Assembly (NCBI RefSeq): GCF_000372725.1 | Contig: NW_005201613.1 | Coordinates: forward strand, 154,290-218,289 | Source: Emiliania huxleyi CCMP1516 | Taxonomy: Eukaryota | Direction of reading: 5' to 3' | Length of the DNA stretch: 64,000 nt | In this document: one piece after another, positions 36,905-48,506 of the stretch | How positions within the stretch are numbered: position 1 is the first letter of the stretch | How the letters are laid out: every line of letters begins with the position of its first letter | The notes under the pieces: generated by a model | The model's database searches: none | What the model saw: only the letters and a program-made list of their open reading frames with translations | Told to the model about the DNA's origin: nothing | Position numbers and translations under genes: made by a program

Positions 36905-37794
36905 TGCTGATGGCTGTTGACCTGCTGGACGGGAAGGGGTCCCAAGTCGCGGCCGCGACTTGAGAGGTTTTTTCTTTTTCCTTTCTCGGTGCGAACGAGC
37001 CCTTCGAAGCGCGCTTGGTACCCACGCCGACCGGCTGCTCTCGCGGCGCCGAGCTGAGGCCACGTCTCGCGCGCTGCGAGGTGTGTTTTGGCATGTGAGC
37101 GCTGGCAAGAAGCTGGTCTTCCATGTCTATCTACGGACGGCCGCGGGCGTGCGGGCGGGCCCGCCGGGCTGGGCGAAGCTCCGAGCGGGTCTTCGAGCTC
37201 GGCGCCCGCGACGAGCATGGCTCGTCGCTCGACGGGAGCCTGCCCAGTGTGCTCCCGGCACTCTGTACAGCCTCGCCAAGCTCTCTGGGAAGGCCTGCAG
37301 GGCCAGACCGGGCCGCCTCGGGCGCGATATGGCGCGCTGAATAGTATACCATGACTACGAGCTCTCGATCGGGTCGCCAGCAGCGGGCTTGCGCGGCGCG
37401 CTGCTCGACGGCAGGCTGCTCCCCACACTTTCAACAGTGTCTTTTGACTCGTTTCTCTCGCTGCAACCGTTTCCGGGGGCCGGCGCCGGCCGCCTCGCTT
37501 CGCCAGCGCTGACTACGCCTACGACACGCGCATCGGCTCGCCGCCCGCGTCGCCTGCGGCGGGCCAGCGTGGCGCGCCGCTCGTCGGGAGCGTGCTCAGC
37601 AGGCTGTGCAGCGCGAGTTTCTCACTCAGAGCGCCGCTGATGCGGCGTGGGGCCGCCGGCGTCGCTGCTGCCGCGCACGCTGCGCTGTGGGCGTCACCAT
37701 CGTGTCCTCGCCGCGTCGCCGACGCCACTTGCCGCTCGCGGCTGCCCTGCCCTTCCCTGCCATCGCGCAAACAAACGCACACACACACAAACAC

Positions 37795-38005
37795 ACATTA
37801 TTAATTATTAATTATTAATCATCGGGCGGCGGCGCGGCGCGGCGGTGGGCGGCGCGGCGCGGCGGCGCGACGAGGCAGCGGGCGGCGCAGGGCGGGGCGG
37901 CGCGGCGGCGGTGGGGTGATTACTTATTTGTTAATTAATTATTAATTAATAATCATCGGGCGGCGGGGCGGCGCGGCGGCGGGCGGGGCGGAGCGGGGCG
38001 GCGCG
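37795..38005. repeat. Duplicated (ATTA)n-ATCATCGGGCGGCG-(GGCGC)n low-complexity block
   Basis: TAATCATCGGGCGGCGG preceded by ATTA/ATTATTA runs occurs at about 37796 and 37930. Confidence 0.6.
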
Positions 38006-38244
38006 ATACACTCTACATCCTCTACACCCTCCCTCGGAGGCTGCGGTCTCTGGGGCGCCTTTCTTGAACGTACTTTTAGCTCTCTCTTCTTGTAGCCCCC
38101 CGCTACCCAGTCGCATTCGTGCAACGTAGCGGGGGGCCACGACTACGTTTACGAAAACATAAGTAGTCCCGCGAGGTGTGAATTTGGCGCCCCAGTAGCC
38201 CCCTTTCCAAACCTCTGGTTTTTCGGCGCGTCCCAAGAGCGTCC

Positions 38245-39481
38245 AACCGTATCCAACGCTCGCAAGTCATCCTCTTCTTCCTCTCGAGGGGCTACTTCCG
38301 CTCCAAGGCTCGCCTCTTCCTCCCACCCCGACTCCAGACCGCACTCTGGCCCTATACCTCCCGCCTCTCCCGCGCCTCAGAACTGCCTCCGCGAGATCCG
38401 CTCGTCGCTCGTGATGGACAAGCCGCTGGTCCTCGTCCAAGAAGCGGACCCTGACAAGGGCGGCGGGACGCTGCAGGCGCTGCGCGCAGAGTGCCCCGAG
38501 GACCTGCAGCCTGACATCTTTGACAAGGACTGGCCGCTCACGATCTGGTATCGCATCGATGAGTTTCAGCTCATCTCGCTCAAGATCATCGCCGAGGCGC
38601 CGCGCGGGCCACAGCCAGCCGCTCCGCAGTCCTCCCTGTTTCCCACCAACCCCACTTGAACCACAGGCGTTGCTCCTCTGCTCGCCCAACTATCTCAACC
38701 AGACCTCCCTCCCGCTTTGCGTGTCGGGCGAGCCCGAGAGCCAGTCGCTCGCCTTTTCCAAAACCACGGTCTGGGCCTCGCCGGCCAACGCGGGGGCACT
38801 GTGGAGCTGGCCAACGAGATCGCCGCCGCCTTTGCCGATCTCACGATCTCCACCGCCGATGCTCGGCCGGCCACCGCGACGCACATGCTGCTCTACCTCA
38901 ACGAGCACAGCTTCGTTAGCGACGAGCGGCTGGCCGACCAGGTCAAGCAGGCGCGCGAGGACAGGCTGAAGATCGTCATGGCGCACGAGAACGACCCGGA
39001 CCTCGGCGGCTGCCCCTTCTCCAAGTTTTTCGAAACCACGCCGCAGGAGCGATTGTCTCGCATTGACGTTCGTCCTCTCCCCTCCGCCTGCATCCCTCTC
39101 CTCCCAACGCCGCAGGAGCTCATCGCCGGCGGACTCTACAAGGACCTGGCAAAGTCGTGCTTCCCCGGGCGCCACCGCAAGGCGCGCGCCCTCTCTCCCA
39201 CAGCTCGCGCATATAGCTTTGTGCCGAGGGGCTGTCCCTCTCCGCAGGTGTCGCTCGTGCTTCTGGCAAAAAGCCTCGGCGCGACCCCCGCTCGGTCGCG
39301 GGCGGATTTGCTTTCAGACAGCATCGCCGAGCGCGGCAGCCTCGCGGGGCGCAGCTTAGGCGGCCTTAGCCGGGTGTTTGCCAAGATGAGCAGCCGCAGC
39401 TCTGCGGAGGCTCCCCCGCGCGACGGCGCTGGAGGCGAGGCGTCGTCATCGGCATCGGTGCCGGTGCAGCAGCAGGTCTGA
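38245..39481 (+). pseudogene. 5'-truncated tandem TIR-domain gene with a frameshift
   Basis: IQRSQVILFFLSRGYFRSK|NCLREI..KPLVLVQE (TIR_2-like) and a second unit HMLLYLN..F...IVMAHEND..F..FF..TP; no start codon; frameshift near 38797. Confidence 0.7.
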
Positions 39482-40214
39482 TCGGCTGCGAGGTTGTGCG
39501 CAAAGATCCAAAGTGCGGCGCGGCGATGCACCGACACACACGCGACACGGGACTCACACGTTAGTACAAAGAGCTAGCTCGCACATGGTCGCATCCCGCG
39601 TGGAATGAGCGCGGCCTTGAGCGTTTGGGGAGAGGGGGGGGGGGGGGCTGTCACATGGCTCTTTCTTAGAGGCACCAATACGGTGGCTGAGGCTGGGGCT
39701 GTCGCGCTCGCATTTCTTTTTCTTGTTGCGGTGTGAGGGAGTTCGCTTGTCATAGTATATACTATCTAAAACGGATCTGGTGTCCCTTGTCTAGAGGGTG
39801 CGCAGCGTCCTAATCTGAAATCTGACGATTCTTCAGGCATCGTCAGGCTTCAGTGAGGCCAAACTAACGCGGTGAGTTTATCTGGGCGGATGTGTGCGAG
39901 AACGGTAGAGTACGCGGGAGGCGAGGAGTCACGCGGACCGACTCGTCGGTGACTCTCCTGCACGCGCCGTTTCAGAATTTTTCTCAGCGGACAGCGACAA
40001 GGAGGAGGACACACACGTACTGACGTGGCTGCACGTATGGGAGGTAAAGTTGGCGGCGTCACGCTGCCCGGCTTCCCGGGCAGGTCGCCGCCGGTCCGCG
40101 CCAAAAGAAGATCGGGCTGAGGTTCGCGGCGTGCCACGCGGGCCGTGTCGCAGTCGGACGCGCCGGATTTCTTTTTCATCCCCCGCCACCCCCTGCCTGA
40201 CAGCTGACTGTCGG

Positions 40215-41640
40215 TCACCCCTCAACCGCGCCGTGCGCACCCAGAGCACGCGCCTGCCTGCTGCTGCGCGAGCGGCGTGCGTCGCCAAAGTCCGTGTACG
40301 CGGCCGAGTCGTGCTCGATGCCGAAGCCGAGCTCCTGCCTCATGCGGCGGGGGGCGCCGGGCGGCCCCGCCTTGAGGAGCAGCGCGGGCTGCGTCCGGTA
40401 CATCCGCTGCAGGATGAGCATCTTGTGGTGCACGTCGAAGGTGTCCGACTCGAGGTCGGCGCAGTCCTAATGAGGCAACGACGACCTAGAGTCAGGGGTG
40501 AGTCAAGAGTGTCCGACTCTCGGTCAGCGCGGGCCTCGAAGAGGAGCTGCCGCTCTCCGGCCGAGAGGAGGACGCGGTGCCGCCGCACCTTCTGGCGCAT
40601 CGCGTGCAGCGAGATGACGAGCAGGCCGAGGTCGACCTCGGACAGCACCTGTGAGACCGATTGGCTGGGGATTGAGCAGGCGAGAGGAGCAAGCCGAGGT
40701 CGAGACTCGGAGAGCACCTCTGCGCCGGCGGCGAGCGAGCGGAGGAGGAGCCGCTCCGTATCGCGCAGCACGAGCCGCACCTAACCAGCGGCTCGAGCGA
40801 TCCACAGGGATGGGACTGAGGGGCAGCGGCTCTGTGCCGCGCCTGCTTGAGCAGAGAGGCGCGAGAGCGGCGGCGCGAGCGTCGTCACTGGATTCGGGTA
40901 CCGGGTTGGTGGGGTACTGCGTCGACGGTGCGCGAGGGCTACGGCGCCCGGCAGCATCGCCGACATCGTCGCGGTGAGCGAGTTTTGTGCCATGAGGGTG
41001 TCCATCGCGCCCATCTGCACGAGCAATCACCCGAGGTCTACCCGAGATTCCCCGAGATCGCCGCGAGATCGCCCGAGATTACCCGAGAGCCCCTCCCCTC
41101 GCGCCCACCACCTGCACGAGCTCGCGCCGCATGTACTGCGTCTGGATGAGCAGCAGCTGCAGCAGCGGCCCGCGCGCCATCGAGTATACGGGCGACTGCA
41201 TCTGCTGCTCGAAGAGGAGCGACATCGCCTCGAGCTCCGCGGCCTCCGCCTCGTCGGGAGGCATCCTAAGTCCGAAGGTTCCTGGAAGGCTCCTAGAAGG
41301 CTCCTGAGTGAGAAGGGGAGCGAGCTCACCACCGAGGGGCTCCTCCGCCTCGTGCGCGAGTCTCGGGGACTCTCGGGGACTCTCGGGGACTCTCTCGGGA
41401 ACTCTCGGGAAATCTCGGGGAATCTGGTGCGGGAAGGGCGCCCGTCCGTGAAGACGGGCGTCGCGCCGTACCCGCTCGCCCACCTGACCACACCACCCGG
41501 AGTAACGCGGTATGGGTGTCCATGACTGGAGAGGCGCTCCAGCCGAGCGTCGGCTGCTTCGCTCGTGGAATGGCAGCCCACCGAGGCGCCCGCCGACCCC
41601 GCAGAGCCGGTGCCGCACGCGCCGCGCGGGACTATCACCT
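40215..41640 (-). pseudogene. C-terminal part of an NCA2/DGS1-like protein (multi-exon, 5' end missing)
   Basis: FEQQMQSP..MARGPLLQLLLIQTQ..QMGAMDTLMAQN..AMLPG and DLES..HKMLILQRM match recalled NCA2/DGS1 motifs; there is no room for the N-terminal half before 41982. Confidence 0.6.
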
Positions 41641-41981
41641 ATAGCTTTTGGGGGTGGGGAAGTCCGCCTTTGGTGAGCGAGTAACGACGCCGGCGCGAGG
41701 AGACGCCGAGAACCTAGAAAGGAACCCGGAAGAGCGTATTCCGGCGCGTGCGCGCGATTCTTTTCGGATGCTGTGCCTTTTGTGGTGCTAGTTCGTGCCA
41801 GTCTGCGCTGTGAGAGGGTCTGCGCCCTTGAATTCCGAGTGTTAGTGCCAGTGCGCGCCAGTCCCGTGCCCTGTGTTGTGCGAGGGAGTTTTTGTAAAAT
41901 TCTTTTCGCAGTTCCTTTGTAAAATTCTTTTCGGAACGGCGCGTCCAAAGCGAGCAGCCGGTCAAGGTGTGCAAGACGGGG

Positions 41982-44303
41982 ATGGAGCGGGAGCTGCGCG
42001 CCGCCTGCCGAGCCGGTAACCTGCAGCGCGTGCAAGAGCTGCACGGGCAGGGCGTGACCCTCACCGCCGCCATCAACAACGGCGTGCAGCCCATCCACGA
42101 CGCCGCAGCGGGCGGCCACCTCGACGTCGTGAAGTGGCTGCACGGGCAGGGCGTGCCCCTCACCGCCGCCGACAACGACGGCTGGCAGCCCATCCACTTC
42201 GCCGCTAAGAACGGCCACCTCGATGTCGTGCAGTGGCTCGTCGGGCAGGGCGTGTCCCTCACTGCCGCCACCAACGACGGCCGGCAGCCCATCCACTTCG
42301 CCGCAGCGGGCGGCCGCCTCGACGTCGTGAAGTGGCTGCACGGGCAGGGCGTGCCCCTCACCGCCGCCAACAACGACGGCGGGCAGCCCATCCACGCCGC
42401 CGCACGCTACAGCCACCTCGACCTCGTGAAGTGGCTGCACGGGCAGGGTGCCGATGCTGCGGTGACGGTGACGGGTGGCCCGTTCGCTGGCGACACGCCA
42501 GCCGCCTTGGCTCGCCGCAACGGGCACGGCGACGTCGCCAACTGGCTGGACGGCGTGGGGGGCGGCGAGGGCGGGGGCGGCGAGGGCGGTGACGAGGGCG
42601 GCGGCGGCGAGGGTGGCGGCGGCGAGGGTGGAGACGAGGGCGGCGGCGGGGGCGGCGCGGCTGGAGGCGAGGGCGAGAGCGGCGGCATGCCGGACGGCGG
42701 CGTGCTCAACGCGCCGCCCCGCCAGCCCCCGCGCAACGCGCCGCAGCCGCCCCCCGCCCCCACCCGCGTGGACTTTGGCACGGTCGTCGGGAGCCGCGCC
42801 AAGGCCTCCATCGCGGTCCCGGACCTCGCTCTCGGCACGCTCCTCATCGGCGACCCCGGCAGCGGCAAGACTTGGCTGCTGAAGCAGCTCATCGCCTGCT
42901 GCGCGGTGCAGCTGACGAGCCTCAAGGAGATCATTGTGCTCGACCTCAAGGGCGACCTCACGCAGATGATCCGCGGCACGGATGTTGCTTTTGACCAGGA
43001 CGTGGACGTCTGCGTCTACACGGTCGGCTCCGACATGGGGCTGCCCGGCACACTCAGCCCCTTCAACCGCACGCTCGAGCTCAACTCGTTCGACCTCACG
43101 ACGCGCGAGGGCAAGAGCGGCTTCTTCATCCTTGCCACGGACGTTGCGGCCGACGTCCTGAGCGGCACGGTCTGCCTCGACAAGACGGGCAACGCGCGGC
43201 TCGAGGGCGGCTTCGACATGCCGACCGCGCGGAACGCGAGCGGCGCCTACGGCGTGCGCGCCGCCGACGACAAGAAGATCGCCTCGGCGCTCATCGACTC
43301 GGTGTGCAAGGTCTTCTTCAAGTGCAAGGAGGCCGGCGGAAGCGTGCCCACGTCGTTCGAGCAGCTGCTGCGCGAGCTCAACCAGGCCGACCAGCCGTAC
43401 GTCGGCGCCACCGACAACCGGCGGGACGCGCGGCCGATTGTGATGGGTCCGGTCAGCCAGGAGGACCTCGACGCGGTCAAGCGCGAGATCGAGGTGCGCA
43501 TGGACCCGTCGGGCGGCCTCGAGCTGCTGTACCAGCCGATCAAGGGCAACGAGGCGGCCCCATCCGACGACGACGTGTACCCGCTCGACGCCTCGACCTT
43601 CTGCGGGCCGCGCGAGGCGGGCAAGCGCGTCAAGCTGTCCATCGTCAACCTGGCGCTCCTCGGCAACGGCTACGGCGCCGAGACGATGCGCAAGCTCGTC
43701 GCCTCGACCGTGCTGCGCCGCATCGAGGGCCACGCCAGCGAGGGCACCGGCACGCAGGCCGCGCCCGAGACGATGGTCGTGGTCGACGAGGCGCACATGG
43801 TCATGCCCAACGTGGGCCAGACGCAGTCCGGCGACGCCGTCACGTCGACGGCGATGGCGAAGCGGCTGCTGCAGCTGCACCGCGACAAGGGCTTCCCGCT
43901 GGTCATCGCGACGCAGCGGCCGGCCGACCTGGACAAGAACCTGCGCGGCATGATCACCGGCACGCGGCTCATCGGCAAGCTCGAGGGCACCGACAAGGAC
44001 CGCAAGGACCTCATCGACACTGTGGTCAAGAACACGGACCACAACAAGAGCTTCCGCGACAAGATGAAGACGCTCCAGCCGCGCCAGTTCATCCACATCG
44101 CCTCGGGCGGCTCCGACGCGCTGCAGGTGGTCGAGTCGGGCCAGCTGAAGCGCCTGCACGAGTCGTCGGCCGCGTGGGTCAAGGGCTTCTCGCCGCAGCA
44201 CCCGCTCGCGGCGCACGACGAGGAGCGCCGTGCCAAGCGCGCGCGCGCGCAGCGGTACCGCGGGCTCATTGGGCCGGTAGCACAGCACCTCTCTCACTTT
44301 TGA
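41982..44303 (+). CDS. Intronless ankyrin-repeat + Gly/Pro linker + HerA/FtsK-superfamily P-loop ATPase (773 aa)
   Basis: 5-6 ankyrin repeats (QPIHFAA..GHLDVVKWL); LIGDPGSGKT, IIVLDLKGD, VVVDEAH, HRDKG, VIATQRPADLD, TRLIGKL. Confidence 0.88.
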   Translation: MERELRAACRAGNLQRVQELHGQGVTLTAAINNGVQPIHDAAAGGHLDVVKWLHGQGVPLTAADNDGWQPIHFAAKNGHLDVVQWLVGQGVSLTAATNDGRQPIHFAAAGGRLDVVKWLHGQGVPLTAANNDGGQPIHAAARYSHLDLVKWLHGQGADAAVTVTGGPFAGDTPAALARRNGHGDVANWLDGVGGGEGGGGEGGDEGGGGEGGGGEGGDEGGGGGGAAGGEGESGGMPDGGVLNAPPRQPPRNAPQPPPAPTRVDFGTVVGSRAKASIAVPDLALGTLLIGDPGSGKTWLLKQLIACCAVQLTSLKEIIVLDLKGDLTQMIRGTDVAFDQDVDVCVYTVGSDMGLPGTLSPFNRTLELNSFDLTTREGKSGFFILATDVAADVLSGTVCLDKTGNARLEGGFDMPTARNASGAYGVRAADDKKIASALIDSVCKVFFKCKEAGGSVPTSFEQLLRELNQADQPYVGATDNRRDARPIVMGPVSQEDLDAVKREIEVRMDPSGGLELLYQPIKGNEAAPSDDDVYPLDASTFCGPREAGKRVKLSIVNLALLGNGYGAETMRKLVASTVLRRIEGHASEGTGTQAAPETMVVVDEAHMVMPNVGQTQSGDAVTSTAMAKRLLQLHRDKGFPLVIATQRPADLDKNLRGMITGTRLIGKLEGTDKDRKDLIDTVVKNTDHNKSFRDKMKTLQPRQFIHIASGGSDALQVVESGQLKRLHESSAAWVKGFSPQHPLAAHDEERRAKRARAQRYRGLIGPVAQHLSHF

Positions 44304-44929
44304 CCGCATGCCAGCGAGCAGTGTGTGCAACGCATGAGCGCCGTACTACGTACCATCGTGTGGGGGAGCGTACGTACCATCATGTGGGGTCTCGTACGAG
44401 TAGTATAGTACACAGAGCAGATAGTGGGTGCGGCTGTGTGGGGTCTGGTACAGTTCAGACCTCTCTTTTTTGGAGGAGCTTCAGTGAGCAAGGGCGTTGG
44501 TCTGTGATGTGCGCATTTGTGTTCGTACGGTATGCATGCGCCATGCGGTAGAACGTAGATCGGTAGATCGCGCCACATGTCGCAGACGCACATGCGGCCC
44601 TCAGAAGTCAGAGCCGAGAGCGACCGGGGTACGGTAGCCCCCGCCGCAGCGCACGCGCTCTTGGCAGCCGCGCCGGACGTCCCGCGCTCTATGTACGCAT
44701 GCGTGAGCTGTGCCGGCCGGGTACTGGGTTGCCCGTTGGCGGTGCGCGGGTGCGGGCCGCGAAACTAACTCGGTATTACGTCTACCATTAAGTAAGCATT
44801 ATCACAGCACACGCTGGTCTCTCAGCCAGTGCGCGCCACTCTCGTGCCCCAGAGAGATTGTACAATTCGTGCACGCTTTTCTTGTTTCCTGTGTTAGAAA
44901 GAAAAGAAAGAAAGAAAACGTACAACAAA

Positions 44930-45595
44930 AGTGGAATGGCAGCAACGGGGAGCGGCAGCGTGGTCGGAGGCGGGACGGCGCCGAAGTGCTGCGCGGTGAG
45001 GCCCTCGGCCAGCGCCCAGTAGCTCGGCGTGGTGGCCAGCCCTGGCGTGTAGCTGGCGATGGCGACGAGCTGCCCGAGGTGGTTGAAGAGGGGCTTGCCG
45101 CTGTCGCCAAAGGTGAGGGCCAGCTCATCGGACTTGACGAGGCCGCGGGCAGCGTAGACGCGCCCTGCGGACTCGTGGTAGCGCTGGCAAACGTCGGTGT
45201 AGCCCTCGGTGAAGGCGACGTCGGCCTGTCGAGAGCAGACCGATTCCTCAGCAGGGAGGCGGGAGTTACCGAGCAGGGGTGCCGAGAGGATTGAGCTGTG
45301 CTTTCGTCGGGCCGACGAACATACGCGCGCGGCGCCAGGAATACCGCTGGTCTCTCTTGCCCGCTCGCGCCGGTGCGTCTGCCCAGACATCTCTCATCGC
45401 GGGGTGTGGCCTCTCTTAGCGGCGCCCCACCCACCCCACTCGGTCGCGCGAACCAGCAACGCGTGTCGCGGCTCGCCCCACCAAGCGAGCGTCGCCGCCG
45501 CTGCATGATGACGCGCAAGGCTTGCAACCATGCAGAATGAATTCGTGCGAGCCGCCGAGCAGGGTGCGCGCTGCCACCACCACAATGATGTGTGA
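44930..45595 (-). pseudogene. Degenerate trypsin-like serine protease sequence
   Basis: TFGDSGKPLFNHLGQLVAIAS nucleophile motif; a possible His segment RTLLGGSHEF lies upstream in a broken frame; followed by a (TTTC)n tail. Confidence 0.4.
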
Positions 45596-46124
45596 GTGTT
45601 AGAGTTGTTTGGTATTGCTAAGAATCTCTCTCTAGGGATTTTATTCTCGGCCGGAAGTGCGCGGCTCAACTTCTAATAAATTGTGCCATGTGTATCCGGA
45701 CGCGGGCAGCACGGAACCGATTTTTATTCGGCGCAGACCCCTCCTTCCTGAGTCACCAGAAAATCCCAACGATCCTCGAGCGGAGGCCGCCTTAGCCACT
45801 TTTCCGGCCTCTCCGGAGAATCGGAGAGAATGGCTACCAAAGCCCAGCATGGCACCCGCGGGCAAAGCTGCCCCCAGGTCCCTAGAGCCCATGGGCATTC
45901 CCAAAGGATATGTCAGCGTGAGGTGAGAGCGCAACGGTTGGGGCTCTCACCAGCCCCTCAAAGTCGGGCCTCTCGGGAGGCGGTCAGACTCAGAGGGGCG
46001 GGCAAGGGCACGTGGGAGAAGGGTCAGCTCGCAACGAATCTCGCCGGCCTCACCGGCCCACACCGCCCTCACTTTGGCATGCCCCTATGCCAGTTCGCAC
46101 CTGTGTCGAGCCTGTCTGCTGTGA

Positions 46125-46365
46125 GAGCACTTGGAGCACTTGGAGTGCAGTTATTAGCCTCACATCCAGGGCCGGGGAGCTCAGAAGCGCACCCAGCGGG
46201 CCGGATGATCGGGATCGGGTTGCGGGCAAGAAAGCCCTAGCCCCGGGGGTGCGCATTCGCAGGGCAAGGGCCTTAAAGTAAACACAGTTCTCCGAGAGGG
46301 CTCCGTGTACCGGGTTTCCCCTTAACTGCAGAACGCCCCCTCTACTCGGAGCTAGTGGACACACG
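46125..46365 (-). mobile_element. Long repeat family A copy
   Basis: About 240 bp nearly identical to 26058-26290. Confidence 0.8.
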
Positions 46366-47339
46366 GACACTACGACACCACCCGTCACGTACACACACGA
46401 CTGTCTAACGTGTACCCTGCCCGGCCTCGCCCCCCACCCCTCAGGGTGAATCTTCAGTCTGGTTCGGTCTCTTGCTCGCCTTTCGGGCGTCGCCCCACTG
46501 CCTCTGCAGTCGTTTTTGATGTCTCTTCTTCGGAGGCGGCCCCTCCGCCCCACCTCCATCGGCTAGCCCCATTGGCCCCGAGGGAGCCGACAGCCCGGGT
46601 GGGGCCTCCCCGGGCGGGAGTGGCGGCATTGTGTCTCGTCGCCACCCCTCCCCGGGAGGTCGGGTCGGCTCTCCCTGGTCGGCGAATCGCGCCCGCATCC
46701 GCGGCCTCTCTATCGTTCTCGGCTCGCCCCCCCCCTCCGCCGGCTCCTCTCCAGGCTCGGGGAGGCGTGGCCCTCCCTGTCGAAGGTCGTGGTGGTCCGA
46801 GAGAGACTTATTTTGTTTAAATTCTTGCACAGGCGAAGACATAAGTGGACGCACGTCATCCAGAGACCAGACTCCCACCGATGCCGCCGCCGAGTGCGTG
46901 CAAGCGCCACCCGCTCTACACCGAGTCTCCCGGCTCGTCGGCCGCCCTTGTGGCGATGCTCGGCCGCGCTGCAGACCCGCAAACCTCCTTGAGCCGCTTG
47001 CGTAGAGCCGAGGCTCCACTTGCTGAGAGCCCCCATTCTGTGCATAGGCGGGCGCATGCCGAGCGTGCCATCTTTAGTGATCAGCAGCTTTCATTGCAGA
47101 CAAAGGCGCGAGGGCACTCGTTTCATACCCCACTATCGCCTCCGGAGCCGTTGTTGGCCCAAATTCCAACCGCCTGCCTCTAGGAGTGCGTCGAGACCGG
47201 CGGCAAGCCGACCCTTGGCGCGGGCAGTCGCTGGTTCCACTACCGCAGCGCGACCAACCGGACCGATCCCGGACCGAGCGATCCCGGGTTTTGCGGATTT
47301 GGCGGCCACAAACGAGAGAGACTGCTACATTCCGTTGGC

Positions 47340-48506
47340 ATGCGCGGCGGCGTGTGGTCTGCGCAGAGCGGCAGCCACCACGGCGGCGTCCTTCCATGCG
47401 GCGAGATGCACCGGTACCGCCTGAGCCGCCACGACTACTGCTTTGCTCCGAGTCGAGAGTACCGCACCCCGCCGCCCGAGCAGACGGCCTGGCTTCGCGG
47501 CCTCACGCTGTGGGCCAGCGAGAAGCACACCTCCAACTTTAATCACTTCAATCGCGATCTCCTCTTTGTGTCGCGCGCTCTTCGCCTGCACCGTGAGGGT
47601 GGTAAGGAGGTGGGCCTGCCGTCCTCGGCGAGGCTCGTAGTGCAGGACGACGAGCCACTCCAGGCGTGGTCGCTCGAGCAGCTCCGTGCCCTTGTGCCCC
47701 CCGAGCTCCGAGCCGAGACCCTCTGGGTGGTCGGAGGCACCCGCAAGAGCTCGCGCCGGGCGCAGGCGGCCAAGCTCGCCCTCTCCTCGGCGAGGCTTCC
47801 CGCCGCCCGTTTCGTGTGCTTTGAGGCGATTGCCCAGAAGCTGCACGTCTACCCCGGCGACCGTGACGACGCCGCCGAGGTCCGCCGGAGAGCGCTCGCG
47901 CACTGCGGGCTCTCCCCAGGGGCGGCGAGGCACGTCCTGCTGGAGGAGCGAGTCGGCGGCTCGCGCAGACTGAACAACAGCGCGGCTCTGTCGCGCATGC
48001 TCTCCCGGCTGGCGTCGCGGATGGGACTGCCCCTCCGAAGGCTGAGCTTTTCCCGCTTGGGCTACTGCGAGCAGGTGCGTGTCGTGTCCGAGGCGGCGAT
48101 CTTCGTCGGAGTCCATGGGCAAGGAATGACCAACGCCATCTTCATTCCCCCGCAATCCTTGGTTGTCGAGCTCTTCCACACCTCGCAATCTGTTGCGGTG
48201 TCGACGTCGCGCGCTGGGCAGGACGCCGACGTCTACCTCGGCCACCAGCCGCTCGCAGTCGCGCGTGGCATGCACTACCTGGCCGCAGCGGTGGCGACGG
48301 CGCCGTGCTCTTTCTCTGCTTGGAAGTTCGATGCCGCGTGCCCGAGCCACATCGACCTGTCGAGACTATCCGCGGCGCTGTCCGAGTACGCAGCGCTCAT
48401 GGCGAGCCATGTGCGCACCGTAGCAATGCCACGCCCAGCATGGGTCGACGCGGCGTTGGTGTGGAGGGACTCATCAATGAGCTCCGCACGTAATCGTAAA
48501 AAGTGA
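47340..48506 (+). CDS. Glycosyltransferase family 61 (DUF563)-like protein
   Basis: NFNHF, RRLNN, EQVRVVSEAAIFVGVHGQGMTNAIFIP..VVELF; the true start may be further upstream. Confidence 0.8.
   Translation: MRGGVWSAQSGSHHGGVLPCGEMHRYRLSRHDYCFAPSREYRTPPPEQTAWLRGLTLWASEKHTSNFNHFNRDLLFVSRALRLHREGGKEVGLPSSARLVVQDDEPLQAWSLEQLRALVPPELRAETLWVVGGTRKSSRRAQAAKLALSSARLPAARFVCFEAIAQKLHVYPGDRDDAAEVRRRALAHCGLSPGAARHVLLEERVGGSRRLNNSAALSRMLSRLASRMGLPLRRLSFSRLGYCEQVRVVSEAAIFVGVHGQGMTNAIFIPPQSLVVELFHTSQSVAVSTSRAGQDADVYLGHQPLAVARGMHYLAAAVATAPCSFSAWKFDAACPSHIDLSRLSAALSEYAALMASHVRTVAMPRPAWVDAALVWRDSSMSSARNRKK

Noticed and set aside
36845..38066. GGCTGCGGTCTCTGGGG shared by an ATG8 intron and 38039
   Set aside because: A 17-bp GC-rich match with little extension; it cannot be separated from chance.
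41079..44330. 1083-aa minus-strand ORF
   Set aside because: Antisense shadow of the GC3-rich ANK-HerA gene; only its last part overlaps a real NCA2-like exon.
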